A DNA stretch of 63,543 nucleotides from Folioceros fuciformis (Eukaryota), in NCBI GenBank assembly GCA_049999805.1, contig JBNGIO010006236.1, positions 264,558 through 328,100 of the forward strand, in the 5' to 3' direction. The notes beneath the pieces are model-generated. The model searched no databases. It had not been told where the DNA came from and saw only the letters and a program-made list of their open reading frames with translations. The position numbers and the translations under genes were made by a program. This document shows positions 1-11,071 of this stretch, in pieces (the stretch's first letter is position 1; each line of letters opens with the position of its first letter).

Positions 1-304
1 GAGGCTGCCCGTAAGAGTGGGCGAAGGAATGGTGCAACAGCAAGACCCGGCAAGGCTTCACTCCCGCTGGCACATCCACCGGCCTCGCCACCTCGAAGAA
101 GCGTTCCGCCTCCTTCGCATGGGACGCCAGTTCTCCATGTCTCCCCGTCAGCCGCGTGCCGGCCCGGACAGCGTTCCGCAGGTGGTGTGGCCAGGAATCC
201 GCACCCTTGCCCAGCGCCAAACTCTCGCTATTGCCACAGGCTACGAGAGCCAGAAGCAACAGCAGCGGCGACAGCAGACACATAGCATACCGGCCGCTTC
301 CCAT
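1..304 (-). CDS. Peptide-N4-(N-acetyl-beta-glucosaminyl)asparagine amidase A (acidic PNGase A), N-terminal part; runs off the window edge
   Basis: Manual translation from ATG at 304 gives MGSGRYAMCLLSPLLLLLALVACGNSES...ERFFEVARPVDVPAGVKPCRVLLLHHSFAHSYGQP: a signal peptide followed by the FEV..P...PC..LL.H.F..SYG.P motif of the plant PNGase A N-terminus. No stop in the window, so absent from the ORF track. Confidence 0.85.
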   Translation of the reverse strand, partial: MGSGRYAMCLLSPLLLLLALVACGNSESLALGKGADSWPHHLRNAVRAGTRLTGRHGELASHAKEAERFFEVARPVDVPAGVKPCRVLLLHHSFAHSYGQP

Positions 305-884
305 TTCAGGCTCCGGGAGCAACAAGACGACTCCTCGTCCGTGTCGCAACTGGCCTGCCTGACAGGAGCAGTGCCAGGCTTTAAAGCCGGTAGTTCCAAC
401 ACCGTCTGTGTGGCTGGCCAGAAGAGACAAATATGTACAGAGAGGCCAAAGCTCTCTCTCTACATCACCGATTATTTTCCCGTAAGGTATTTACTAGAAT
501 ATTCATTCACCATTCCCGGAAGAACCTCACAAACAAAGACAATGCAACAAAGCGGACACGCTAAGCCAAGCTAAGCGCACGGCAGCGGATACAACCTGAC
601 CCGACCCGAAAAGTACAGGCGCTTAGGCTTATGGTTTGATGAGTTGAGTGGAGGTACTGAAACCCTCCTCTTACATGCTAAAGCGTCCTTACCCCTCTCT
701 CTACCTTTGCAAAAAAAACACATGCCACCCAGACCTAAGGAAAGCCCTTTCCCTTACAAACTTTCAGGAAATATCCATTTTCTTATTTCCTACTTTCAGG
801 AAAGCCCTTGTTTCTTAACAACTTTGTCCCCAAACCTGGGAAGAAAAGCAGTTTTTTTCAAAAAAAAGAAACAAAAAAAAGGTC

Positions 885-1195
885 ATAGGAGTGGTGTTCT
901 CCCTCTTTCCTTCGTAGTGATCTTCTTTCCATAGCACATATCTATTGTATTGCTTTGCACAGATCAAGCAGCTTTTTCGGCACCAGTGGTAGGTAAGCCA
1001 TTTTTTTCGGCACCGGTGGTAGGTAGGCCATTTGTTATTCCACATTATAACATTTTCGGATAAGTAGATAGTTTTTAAGGATGATGTTTGAAGGCACTAG
1101 TACCCCTTTTAGCCTTTTCCCCTACTCAAGGTGTTCCTCCAATCTTTGGAGCACATGGGACTTTCCATCTCTTTTTTAATAATAGAAAATACTCG
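885..1195 (+). repeat. Dispersed AT-rich non-coding repeat, copy A (related copies ~15380-15612 and ~49140-49590)
   Basis: Shares ordered blocks (tggtgttctccct, attgctttgca, ggtaggcc.tt..tattc, tgttcctc..atct, ctttccatctc.tttttaat) with the other copies. Contains a 30 bp tandem duplication at ~973-1032. Confidence 0.7.
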
Positions 1196-1499
1196 TAGTA
1201 TGATTACAGGGAACAACTTTCAATGAGATTTAAACGAGAAGTAATGAGACATAAAGACTCTCCTATTCTACAAATGTAGGTTAAGGCTACAAGTTCAAAT
1301 ATGTGTTTCTACATGCTTTTTGCTTCCTATCTATGTTACATTTCATATTAGGTTGCTACATATGAGTTGCTACCAAATCCATTGATTGTATGGATGTCTA
1401 AGCAATCAAGTCTTTCCGAGTGGCTCTAAAAAAGACCTACATATGAAGCATCAAAGAATGTGGAGCACTCTGATAATGAGAAAGTTGCAATAGACACAA

Positions 1500-1830
1500 C
1501 CTAACCATCGAAGAAGTGGCATGAGTCATATCTAGAAAAGTATCCACGAATTCAGTACGTTGCTAAGACTAAGATAGTTTGGTGTAAATTTTGCAGACAA
1601 TATGGGATGAAAAGTTGCAACAAATGGTACAACAAACATCAAGTCCATTTCTATGGACAAACATGCTTTCCATGCAATCCATCGAAACTCAACTACAGTC
1701 GGAGATCATAATAGTCCAAGATTTACGAAACTGATGAATAATGCAATGGGGTGTAGTTTTGATGGTCTAATTTGTCTATTTTAAATGGCATATTACTATG
1801 GTATACCGTTCATGCAATTTCATCATACAA
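1500..1830 (+). pseudogene. Degenerate hAT transposase N-terminal (TTF-type zinc finger) remnant
   Basis: From 1511 the frame reads KKWHESYLEKYPRIQYVAKTKIVWCKFCRQYG, matching the W....YPW..Y......WC..C pattern. Downstream LF*MAYY..IPFMQF resembles ZNF862/ZMYM1-type hAT domains. Stops are present. Confidence 0.55.
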
Positions 1831-2829
1831 TTCATCTATAGGATTAGAAACTATCTCATCACAATACCATTAAGACAATGAAAAAAGATTAAAATGACTT
1901 TAATCCTCTAGAAAAAAATGATTTGCCAGGGTCTGCATGCCACACATGTATGCGGTGGGGCAAGGACAAATGAAACCCCCCTCGCCAAAGAGACATTGCC
2001 AAACCAACGGTTTCAGCTCTTAAGAATGACCAAGGCAAGCTCAAGCACTATGTAGATGAGCGTAGGTATCAGGATTCCTCTCGAAATAATCAAACAACAA
2101 GACTTAGTATTTATTTATTTATTTATTTTCTGTTTTGAAAGAAAGAGTAATTGAATACGGCCTGGGCGGTTCCTTTTATTCCCAAGAGTCTTCTTGGCTC
2201 ATAGCAGTTCACTCTCCGGCATGGTTTTGGGTTAACCAATAACAGGTCCTCGGGTCTTGACAATCGCGGGAGGCCGAGCTCGAAGTTCCTTAGACAATGG
2301 CGAAATTGTTTTGTTACAATAACTCGTCCTCGGCTCATGACCTACAAGGATGGACTGGGTAGGAAGCTCCTTTGCTCTTGGTGAGTTGGAATAACCCAAA
2401 GCCTATATAAAGGGGAGGGGAGTGTATTCCACCACGGTGGTGTGTTCAGGTGGGGTGGTGGTTTGCACCCCTACGATGGATAAAAAGTGTGCCAACTCGG
2501 CCAAAGCGAAGCCAACAACCCTAGTGGCGGATTCGACGTGGCCGAGAAGTGAAGGAACTACCAGTCGCGTAGCACAACTAGAAGAGAGCGTCAGCAGGAC
2601 ACCGAGGCCAGGAGCAACCTTCGCGTTGGTGGAGCAGCCAAAAGGAAGGAAGTGGAGCATGGGTTGGGCGGAGACAGTAAGCAGCGTGGCGTCAAAATCA
2701 GTGTGGAGCGCAGAGCAAAAGCCCCGAATGAAAGGAAGAGCAGGAGGCGCAGGGGACGACGTGGAGAGAAGGAGTGAGCAGCAAGGGAAGGAAGACAAGC
2801 AGCCAGGGGAAATTAGGTCCAGAGCAGGC

Positions 2830-5260
2830 GTGTGATGGCCATTCAATGGGCCAATGCCGCCACAAGGGATTGGCATCGAAGGCATTCAAGCCCCAGATGG
2901 ATCCCAACTTTGCATCTCTGCCTTTGCTGACGACACCATGTTATTTTTCTTTGCCTCAAAATCCTCCCTGGAAGCTATGTTGAAGCAGGTACAACTCTTT
3001 GGGCAACTTTCAGGATGCAAAGTGAATTGGGAGAAGACACACATAATGTGTCTAAATATGAGGAATGAAATACCTTAATGCATCAGCCATATCACGCAAG
3101 TGCATCAAGGATCTTCTCACAAATACTTGGGCCTATCTTTTCAGGAGACTGAGGAAAATGGGGAGATTGGTAAATTTGTGTTTCGGAGGTTTATCCATAA
3201 AGCGGTTGGTTTTCAAATTTTAGAGCTCAATCTAGCAGGTAGGCTAGTGGTGATCAACCACATATTGACTGTTTCCTTGTGGTATTATGTCTTCTTGTGG
3301 GCTCCCTCGAAGGAGGAGTATAAACGGTTGCAACATGTTTTGTCCAACTTCTTGTGGCATCACAAATGTGAGGGAGCAAGGACTATGCAGAAAGTTGCTT
3401 GGCATCACATGATCCAGCCTCTTCATAAAGAGGGTTTAGGGCTCGTAGATCCTAGGAGCAAGTCTAAGGCACTCCATGCACAGTGGGTCATCAGAGTTGT
3501 CGATCCATCTCCATATCCATGGAAGAGTTTCCTTACTCAACACTTGGAGCACACACAGGTAGCTCTACAAGGAACACGAAGTATGGACAACATTCTGGTG
3601 GACAAGACTTTATTGGACACGATCGCTTGCTCCCCACTGTTCAAGGCGATTTGGTCCAGTTATGTGGAGGTTAAGAAGCTCCTACGCCCTGCCTACCCCC
3701 TTGATAGGGACAACGTGCTAGGGCTTCCCCTCTAGGGCTTTCAAAGGTTGTGGTGCTAGGAGGACACCTCACGGACTTGTCGTTCCCAAATACTTAACAA
3801 GGCTGGCAGACAAGGCTTGTCGCGTGTGAGCCACTTGTGGAATATAGTAGAGAATTGTTGGAAGGAGATTGACATGCTAATGAAGGAGTTTGCTATTTCT
3901 GGCCCCCACCTTAGGACCATCTTCAGGTGGCTACAAAACTGCATGGCATATAGTAGTAGACTAGAACTGCTAGTACAATAAGAGATAGTGGTGGATTCAC
4001 GGGGAGCCTATGCGATGGATGGCGGGGAAGACGATGAGGACTTGGGGTGGGAGACGGTTCTTCTAGAGTTTGACCGGGCAGTCTACATCTCTCTGTTGGG
4101 CCAACAACCAGCAGCTTAGTCCTTTAGAGTTGCCTCCCCTAGCAAGCTACTCGAAGGACAGGGTAGAGAGGAAGGAGCGAATGGCTTTGGAGATTTACGA
4201 CCAATCACAGTGCTCTCCTGCTCGATTCGGGTGAGTAGGTGGCTCATAGCAGACGAGCTGCCAAGGGGGCTTCCATTGACAACGTCGGCTAGGAGGTTGT
4301 GGTGGCTTTGCCTAGCTGAGAATTGGCCTAACCTCTATCGGTGGCCCAATTGTCCGAGGGGGTGCACTGGGAATTTGCGTTCTTTCTTTAACGTGTGCAC
4401 CACATATGTTTATCATTGGCTCGTTAGAAAGCAAAGGGGTAGCGTGATCCGATGGCTCCAAGGTTCAGTTTGCCCATCTCCCATCAGCGCTACGTTGTCA
4501 AACTTCTCTGGACGGCAGCTAGCATCCTTCCTGAGGTCAGGTTGCTGATTTGGTGCTTTTTTTAAGCTTGCCTGCCTATGGCGGACCGGTGGTATGGCTT
4601 GCTTGTTGCAACAAGGAAGAGATGTTGCAGGATGTGCACCACTGGTGCTTCTAACAAAAGTTAGCATTTATTCTTCCATAGTGCTTACGCACAAGAAGTT
4701 TAGGGGGAGATCTACAAATGGTTGCAGCGTTTCTATCTAGTAGTGAACATTGGTGTTTCAGAACAAACCGCTCTTTTCGGCCTTAGGGCATCATCAGGCA
4801 AGCCACTACTCTAGTTTCAAAGGTGGGGTCTATTGTGGAGCTCTTGCCTCTGCGGTCTATGGCTAAACTAGATAGCTGTGGTCTATAGCAGGAAGGAACC
4901 AATGTTAATCAAGTCCTTGCTCTGGATGACATGGGGGCAGATATTAATTTCCACAAAAGGTTTAAAGGTTAGCATCCCCGAGGAAATTCAAGTGCAAGGA
5001 ATGGCGACAAGTGAGACAAGATGGAACGACGTGTGCCCTTGGAGGGGGTAAGGCCTGTTGGTGAATCCTAATTGAGGTGTTGGGCCTCTCGTTGAGGCAC
5101 CACTCTTCCATGGTTACTACTTCAGGTGCTCTTTTAAGCATTATCTATTTAGCGCTACATCTATAGAGGCCATCCGCCCCTAGTGTAGCACCTTGTACTC
5201 TTACTGAGAGCCCAAGCTGTCATAATGTGACCTCTTTCCCACGAATTTTTTTTCCAGGTG
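2830..5260 (+). mobile_element. 5'-truncated, degenerate L1/Tx1-type LINE (RT C-terminal part to zf-RVT)
   Basis: SAFADDTMLF (RT catalytic motif), KVNWEKT, KYLGL, LNLAGRLVVINHIL, KVAWHHMIQPLHKEGLGL, and CRMC......HLFFHSAYAQEV* (zf-RVT) at ~4623-4705. Multiple stops and frameshifts. Confidence 0.85.
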
Positions 5261-5312
5261 AGGCCAAACTCGTTAGGTAGTGAAAAGTCAGTTTTAAGAA
5301 AGGCTAACGAGC

Positions 5313-5320
5313 TATATAAA
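5313..5320 (+). promoter_or_regulatory. Candidate TATA box for the DEAD-box helicase gene
   Basis: TATATAAA about 150 bp upstream of the ATG at 5470. Confidence 0.45.
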
Positions 5321-5469
5321 CCACAAATAAGGGTAAGCCCTAAGACGAGCGGGGCTGGGGCTGGCTGTTTGGTGTCCCTGCCGGATGAACTTGCCCTTAG
5401 TCGTGTACGTGCCTAGGTACTCTAGGTTTAGACGGGAGTCGCGGCTGGCTCGATTCCAGCTCGGAGGTC

Positions 5470-7215
5470 ATGGTCTCCATCCGGGATCTGGAGCAGTCGA
5501 TGGGTACACGAAAGGAGGTGGAGGCGGAGGCTGGTGAGGAGGAAAGGGAGCAGAAGAGGAGGAAAAGGAAGAGCAAACGAAGCTCTAAGGAATCAGGGGG
5601 CGGTGAGCAACTGTCAGAGCAAGAGGTTGCCAATGGAGGGACCAAGAGTAAGAAGAGGAAGTTGGAGGCAGAGGGCTTGAACGCACAGACAGTGAGCGTG
5701 GAAGGGATCATGAGTAGCACAGCATTTGATACTCTCCCCCTTTCTGAGCCGACGAAGCGGGCAATTCGTGATACAGGGTTCTCTCACATGACTGAGATTC
5801 AGTCTAGGTCGATCCCAGAGTTGCTGAAAGGTCGGGATGTGCTAGGAGCAGCTAGGACGGGTTCGGGCAAAACCCTATCCTTTTTGATACCGGCAGCTGA
5901 GCTGCTATATCATGGCCAATTTATGCCTCGGAATGGGACTGGTGTGATCATCATTTCTCCAACACGGGAGCTGTCAATGCAGATTTACGGAGTAGCCACG
6001 GACTTGCTCAAGTACCACAGCCAAACACATGGAATTGTGATGGGAGGATCTAACCGTCGAACCGAAGCGGAGAAGCTCAACAAGGGTGTTAATCTACTTG
6101 TAGCCACCCCTGGGCGCCTGCTAGATCATCTGCAGAACACCAAGGGGTTTCTGTACAAGAATCTAAAGTGCCTCATCATTGACGAGGCTGACAGGATTCT
6201 GGAAATTGGATTTGAGGAGGATATGAAACAGATCATAAAACTTCTTCCGAAGGACAGACAAACTGTTCTTTTCTCTGCTACTCAGACACACAAGGTTGAG
6301 GATCTTGCTCGTGTTTCTTTCAAGAACAAGCCTATTTATATCGGAGTTGATGATGGACGGTCGAAGGCAACCGTTGAGGGATTGGAACAGGGCTACTGTG
6401 TGGTGCCAAGCTCCAAGCGCTTTCTTCTCCTCTTCACCTTTTTGAAGATGAATCTGAAGAAGAAAGTGATGGTCTTCTTTTCTTCTTGTAATTCTGTGAA
6501 GCATCACCACGATCTTCTGAATTACATCGATATTCCATGTCTCGACATTCATGGCAAGCAGAAACAGCAGAAGAGAACCAATACATATTTTGAGTTCTGC
6601 AATGCGGAGAAGGGAATTCTTCTTTGTACTGATGTTGCTGCCCGTGGCCTGGATATTCCGGCTGTTGACTGGATCATACAGTATGACCCACCGGACGATC
6701 CAAAGGAGTACATTCATAGAGTTGGCCGGACAGCCAGAGGCGAAGGTGCCCGGGGCAAAGCTCTGTTGTTTTTGATACCTGAGGAGCTGGGGTTTTTGAA
6801 GTATCTGAAGGGGGCGAAGGTTCCACTCAACGAGTATGACTTTCCAGCCAACAAACTGTGCAACGTGCAGTCAGAGCTGGAAAAGTTGGTGGGTAAAAAC
6901 TTTTACCTCCACCAGTCAGCTCGAGATGCGTACCGATCTTATCTGCTCGCCTACAACTCTCATGCCCTGAAGGATATATTCAACGTCCATAGACTGAATC
7001 TGCAGGATGTTGCTGCCTCCTTCGGTTTCAGTTGTCCGCCCAAGGTGAACCTGAATCTCGATAGCAATGCTGCTAAGTTCAGGAAGACCAGGCCAAATGG
7101 TGAGATCGGAAGGAAAAGCAAGCCTGGAGCTAGGGGTAGCGGTCACGGATTTAGTGCTAGCAATCCTTATGGGAAGCGTTCAGAAAATGACAAACGGCAG
7201 TTCTCTCGAATTTGA
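5470..7215 (+). CDS. HAS1: DEAD-box ATP-dependent RNA helicase, HAS1/DDX18 type (plant RH27/RH51-like), intronless
   Basis: 581 aa single ORF with Q motif, [45 protein letters not shown] and the Has1-type C-terminal [12 protein letters not shown]...[15 protein letters not shown]. Confidence 0.95.
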   Translation: MVSIRDLEQSMGTRKEVEAEAGEEEREQKRRKRKSKRSSKESGGGEQLSEQEVANGGTKSKKRKLEAEGLNAQTVSVEGIMSSTAFDTLPLSEPTKRAIRDTGFSHMTEIQSRSIPELLKGRDVLGAARTGSGKTLSFLIPAAELLYHGQFMPRNGTGVIIISPTRELSMQIYGVATDLLKYHSQTHGIVMGGSNRRTEAEKLNKGVNLLVATPGRLLDHLQNTKGFLYKNLKCLIIDEADRILEIGFEEDMKQIIKLLPKDRQTVLFSATQTHKVEDLARVSFKNKPIYIGVDDGRSKATVEGLEQGYCVVPSSKRFLLLFTFLKMNLKKKVMVFFSSCNSVKHHHDLLNYIDIPCLDIHGKQKQQKRTNTYFEFCNAEKGILLCTDVAARGLDIPAVDWIIQYDPPDDPKEYIHRVGRTARGEGARGKALLFLIPEELGFLKYLKGAKVPLNEYDFPANKLCNVQSELEKLVGKNFYLHQSARDAYRSYLLAYNSHALKDIFNVHRLNLQDVAASFGFSCPPKVNLNLDSNAAKFRKTRPNGEIGRKSKPGARGSGHGFSASNPYGKRSENDKRQFSRI

Positions 7216-7574
7216 CATTCATGAGTTGCGTCAAAATTTTGTAGTTTTCTTTGTATCTTTTCATGGCGAGGTATTGAAGTGTAATCTGTGTACTGCAACA
7301 AGTATAAATGAGTCCCTGTCTGTCCGTGAGACGATGAGGGATCGGTATCCTAATTGATGTCTACTGATCCGGCCCCTGTGGTGCGTTGTGTGCAATCGTA
7401 ACTAGTATCGACTGCAGGAATGCCTCTCCCAGCCTCGAATTGAACAGCCGTCATCAAACACCACCAAGGCCGAAGGGCCCTATTAACAGGAAGACCAAAG
7501 TCCATCTTGGAGGACCGCAACACCTTTTGGAAATAGTGGCAGTAAACCGCAAAGATCTTAAAAATCTTGCTGAC

Positions 7575-10316
7575 CTACTTTAACAAGGACTCAATTGCTT
7601 CAAAGAACAACGGAGCCATCTCGGGGGATTGAGTCTTCACCGCACACTTCACAGATGGATGCCCCACAACCGCAGTCAATTCTACGAGGAAAGGAATGTT
7701 CGAAGGCACCTTCCCAGAGAGGTAAAGAACATCTTGACTAGTCTCTTTCAGCTGACGGCGAGCAATAAAGAATAGGTTGGAGCCTGCGAGCTTCTCCAGG
7801 GTAGCCTCCACATTTGTGATAATGGCATTTGGCAGCTCCTTAGAGACTTCATGGGAATCAGGAAGGGATTTCCATGTCTCCAAAAACACGCTCCTCTCCA
7901 TCCGACCCTCCTCAACAAAAAGTGCTTGCAAGGGAATCTTATCAGCGAAGTACCATACCGGTTGCTGATTGTTCTTAACCGCCACCTGTAGAACAGAGTT
8001 TGGTGAACCAGCAGCAACATTCTGAAACAGCAGCATTGGCAAAAGGACGCTTGATGAGCTGCCAGGCTGCAGCAAAGGCACTTGCAAAGGACCTCCTTCA
8101 GCAAGACCAAAAGTGTTCTTGTTAAATTTGATCATGAACCCATCTAGAGGAATTTGTGAGCTGTTCTCAAAATGTAGACTGTAGAAGATCTGTCCATCAC
8201 GACGAATAAGTTTCCCACTGATTTGCAAGCCCTGCCCTGCAACTGCTGTCAAGAGCACTGGCAGTTGTGGCGCTGGTGCAGCTTTGGTTGGCTGAGAAAC
8301 TGGCACCAGCGCACCATCCAAACCCATCAAATCACCCAGCAAATCTGCAACAGGAGGGGGTGGGACACTTGATCGTGGCTGCTGGGACGAACCCACGGAT
8401 GACGTGCTTAGCCTTGGTGGTTGCGGAGCATATGCTGAAGGCCCAGCTGCTGGCACAGGGGTAGGCGTATCTGGTATGGGTGCTGAAGACTCCGAGGGAC
8501 CTGCATCCTGGTTGTCAAGGTAGCCCTCCTCTTCATCTGAAGGCTGGATGGCTGGTCGAGTGCGACTGACAAAGGAATCTGGAGGCTTGTGATACACAGA
8601 GGCCAATGTTGCAATGTTTGCAAGTAGCTCATCAAGAAGCGAAGAATCCAAAGTATTCGAATCATCACTCAAGGTCGGCTTCTCAGCCAAGACAACATCC
8701 TTTGCAGCTTCAGGATCCGTGGACAACAAGCGCCAGTAGACATACGCACGATCCCGAAGATCTGGATTATCTGTTTCTTGAGTTGCGTTGTTGAGTACCA
8801 CCTGAATCATCTGTTGGGGACCTTCCGTGGGCTTCTTAAGGAACAGCTTCACAGCAGCAGTAAGTAGCTGCAGCTGCACCATGGCCGGCTCTTCTGGAAA
8901 GCTTTCTAGGAAGCTCTCTAGCAGCTCATCTGCATTGTCTATCCGCTCTGCATATTCCCCGATTATCCAGATCATTGATGCCTTCGCTTCCGGCTCGTCA
9001 AGAGTGTCCAAGCTCTCACAAAGGGTGGCAATAATCGACTCATACATGTTTGGGTATCGACGGAAAATATCTTTGATGACAATAATAGCCTCTTGCACCA
9101 CATAGTTGACCTTGATTTTGATGAGTTCAAGCAAAACATTGATGCAGCGCTCGGCAGCTCTCTCCAGCTTGATGGCACAGCGTCCGATGGCCCTGACAGC
9201 TTTGCGGACGAAGTCAACATCTACTTCTGTTGCATACTCCTTGAACTCCAACAAGACCTGGTCAATGTTCCTGTCAGAGGCCAGCTTGATCATGATCTCC
9301 AGCTTTTCCATCTTCACATAGATGGGGTCGTTATATTTGCAGAAAAAAACCTTTATCTCGTGCGCCAAAATGCTCGGTCTCCGCTGCACAATGAGATTGA
9401 TATTACGCAAAGCCACGTACTGTATCTCCGGCTCAGCGGAAATGAGCGTCACCAGAGGCGGAGCCATTTTCTTGCACAAATTCCTGGCCACATCTGGACT
9501 GGTAATGAGTTCCATCTGCTGCAATATAACCTTCACCGCAGACAGCACGACGGCACAATTAGCATGTTGCAGGCGGGGTGTCACCCGCTCTACGATGTTC
9601 TCGGCATCACGGGCATCATTCGCCTTGTACCTCGACAGGGCATCCAAAATGAACACCTGACCCCATTCCGTGCACTCGTTGAGCGCAGCCAAAAGCTTGA
9701 ACAGCGTGTTGTTGGTGATCTCAAAGATGACCTTACTGCTGCTCTCTTGTATCTCTGCCAACGCCGCTACCGCATTCGCCACAACCATAGGATTGCTGTC
9801 CGATATCATCTCCTTCAAGGCATCCAAGAATCCTCTATCCTCCACCAACTCCGCATTTATGTCATACAGTTTGGCCACGCACACAGCTGCCGTCTTCCGC
9901 ACGTAGGGATCGTCGTCTTTGATGCACCTCTGCAACGGATCGCACAGATACTCAGTGATCTTGTCCACCCTGATACAACCCATGGTTCTCACAGCCAGAG
10001 CCCGGATCAACGGGTTCGGATCTTGCGAGTCCTTCACAAAGGTGTTGACAGCCAGAATAGCCAGATCCGGCTGGCTCTTGGCGTAGTTGATCAAATACAA
10101 ATACACCAGCTTCTTCAACTCCAGATTATCCGTCTGCATGCAGTTCACCACATCCGTGAACAACATGGACACATCCTTGCCCACCGTCATTGCCGCAATC
10201 ACCTTCTTCACCGCATCCTTCTTCTTGTCCTTGTACTGCGAGTTGAGCTCCTCTTTCAGCTCGTGGATCTCACCCTTCTTGGTGGTGGTGAAATACTTGG
10301 AGTCATGGCCGCTCAT
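7575..10316 (-). CDS. Beta-adaptin (AP-1/AP-2 beta subunit), intronless
   Basis: Starts [27 protein letters not shown] (ATG at 10316). Adaptin N HEAT region, [16 protein letters not shown], hinge with DLLGDL motif and beta appendage, all in one uninterrupted ORF. Confidence 0.95.
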   Translation of the reverse strand: MSGHDSKYFTTTKKGEIHELKEELNSQYKDKKKDAVKKVIAAMTVGKDVSMLFTDVVNCMQTDNLELKKLVYLYLINYAKSQPDLAILAVNTFVKDSQDPNPLIRALAVRTMGCIRVDKITEYLCDPLQRCIKDDDPYVRKTAAVCVAKLYDINAELVEDRGFLDALKEMISDSNPMVVANAVAALAEIQESSSKVIFEITNNTLFKLLAALNECTEWGQVFILDALSRYKANDARDAENIVERVTPRLQHANCAVVLSAVKVILQQMELITSPDVARNLCKKMAPPLVTLISAEPEIQYVALRNINLIVQRRPSILAHEIKVFFCKYNDPIYVKMEKLEIMIKLASDRNIDQVLLEFKEYATEVDVDFVRKAVRAIGRCAIKLERAAERCINVLLELIKIKVNYVVQEAIIVIKDIFRRYPNMYESIIATLCESLDTLDEPEAKASMIWIIGEYAERIDNADELLESFLESFPEEPAMVQLQLLTAAVKLFLKKPTEGPQQMIQVVLNNATQETDNPDLRDRAYVYWRLLSTDPEAAKDVVLAEKPTLSDDSNTLDSSLLDELLANIATLASVYHKPPDSFVSRTRPAIQPSDEEEGYLDNQDAGPSESSAPIPDTPTPVPAAGPSAYAPQPPRLSTSSVGSSQQPRSSVPPPPVADLLGDLMGLDGALVPVSQPTKAAPAPQLPVLLTAVAGQGLQISGKLIRRDGQIFYSLHFENSSQIPLDGFMIKFNKNTFGLAEGGPLQVPLLQPGSSSSVLLPMLLFQNVAAGSPNSVLQVAVKNNQQPVWYFADKIPLQALFVEEGRMERSVFLETWKSLPDSHEVSKELPNAIITNVEATLEKLAGSNLFFIARRQLKETSQDVLYLSGKVPSNIPFLVELTAVVGHPSVKCAVKTQSPEMAPLFFEAIESLLK

Positions 10317-11071
10317 GCTGTGCCGACAGCCCGCAGGCGCAGATCCGACACAAGGCACGAAGGCGGCAACTGGAACACAATCAGCTCCTCGGGGCCCTAC
10401 TGTCTCCCTTGCCTCGCCCCTGGTCCCCTTGGGTTTTTGACTTGGCGCTGTCTTACCGGTGTTTCAATCCCCTCCCTCTTGTCAACGACCCGCTCGCCGT
10501 TCACAGACCTAAACTTTCTCGTTCCGGTACTACACCGGTTCAAAATTCCCTTTTTCTCGTCTTTCCAGTTTGTGGGCATGGATCGTGATCCACCATTCAC
10601 CATCCACCATCCACCTGGAGTGGGTCACTTTCTGCTAGATGCGCACAGACTTCTGGAATAAGGTGATGGAGCAAGTACCAAACTTGCGGAAGTCGGCCTT
10701 TCCATCAGTCAGTGCATCGGACCATCATTTTAATGAACAAGTGTGTGACATGACAACAAGGATGAAGCAGGTCTTCGGGGTCCCTTGGAAGCTGCAGGTG
10801 TGCAACGTGAATCTGACATGGAAGACGAGAACAATGACATCGTTGATGCATGTGTGCGTTGCTCCAGGATTGAATGAGGCGGCAACTCATGTTGCCACCA
10901 TATCCTGCAGTCAGGTGCCTCTGAGAGCATCAGTCCCTAGACCTATGCTGCTGCCCGGCATCTACCAAAGCTCCGGCCCTGGCGCAATCTTGAAGGGTGC
11001 ATGTGAGGGTTCAACTACGTAAGCTGGATATACTCCAGTGTGTGTGTCACCCGGAGATTTGATTTCCTGTC

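Noticed and set aside
17-574. 185 aa + strand ORF
   Set aside because: Antisense to the PNGase A coding sequence; no motif support.
10317-10358. N-terminal extension of beta-adaptin in the ORF track
   Set aside because: Begins at a GTG; the conserved start MSGHDSKYF is at 10316.
9093-10661. 522 aa + strand ORF
   Set aside because: Antisense shadow of the beta-adaptin CDS with no recognisable motifs.
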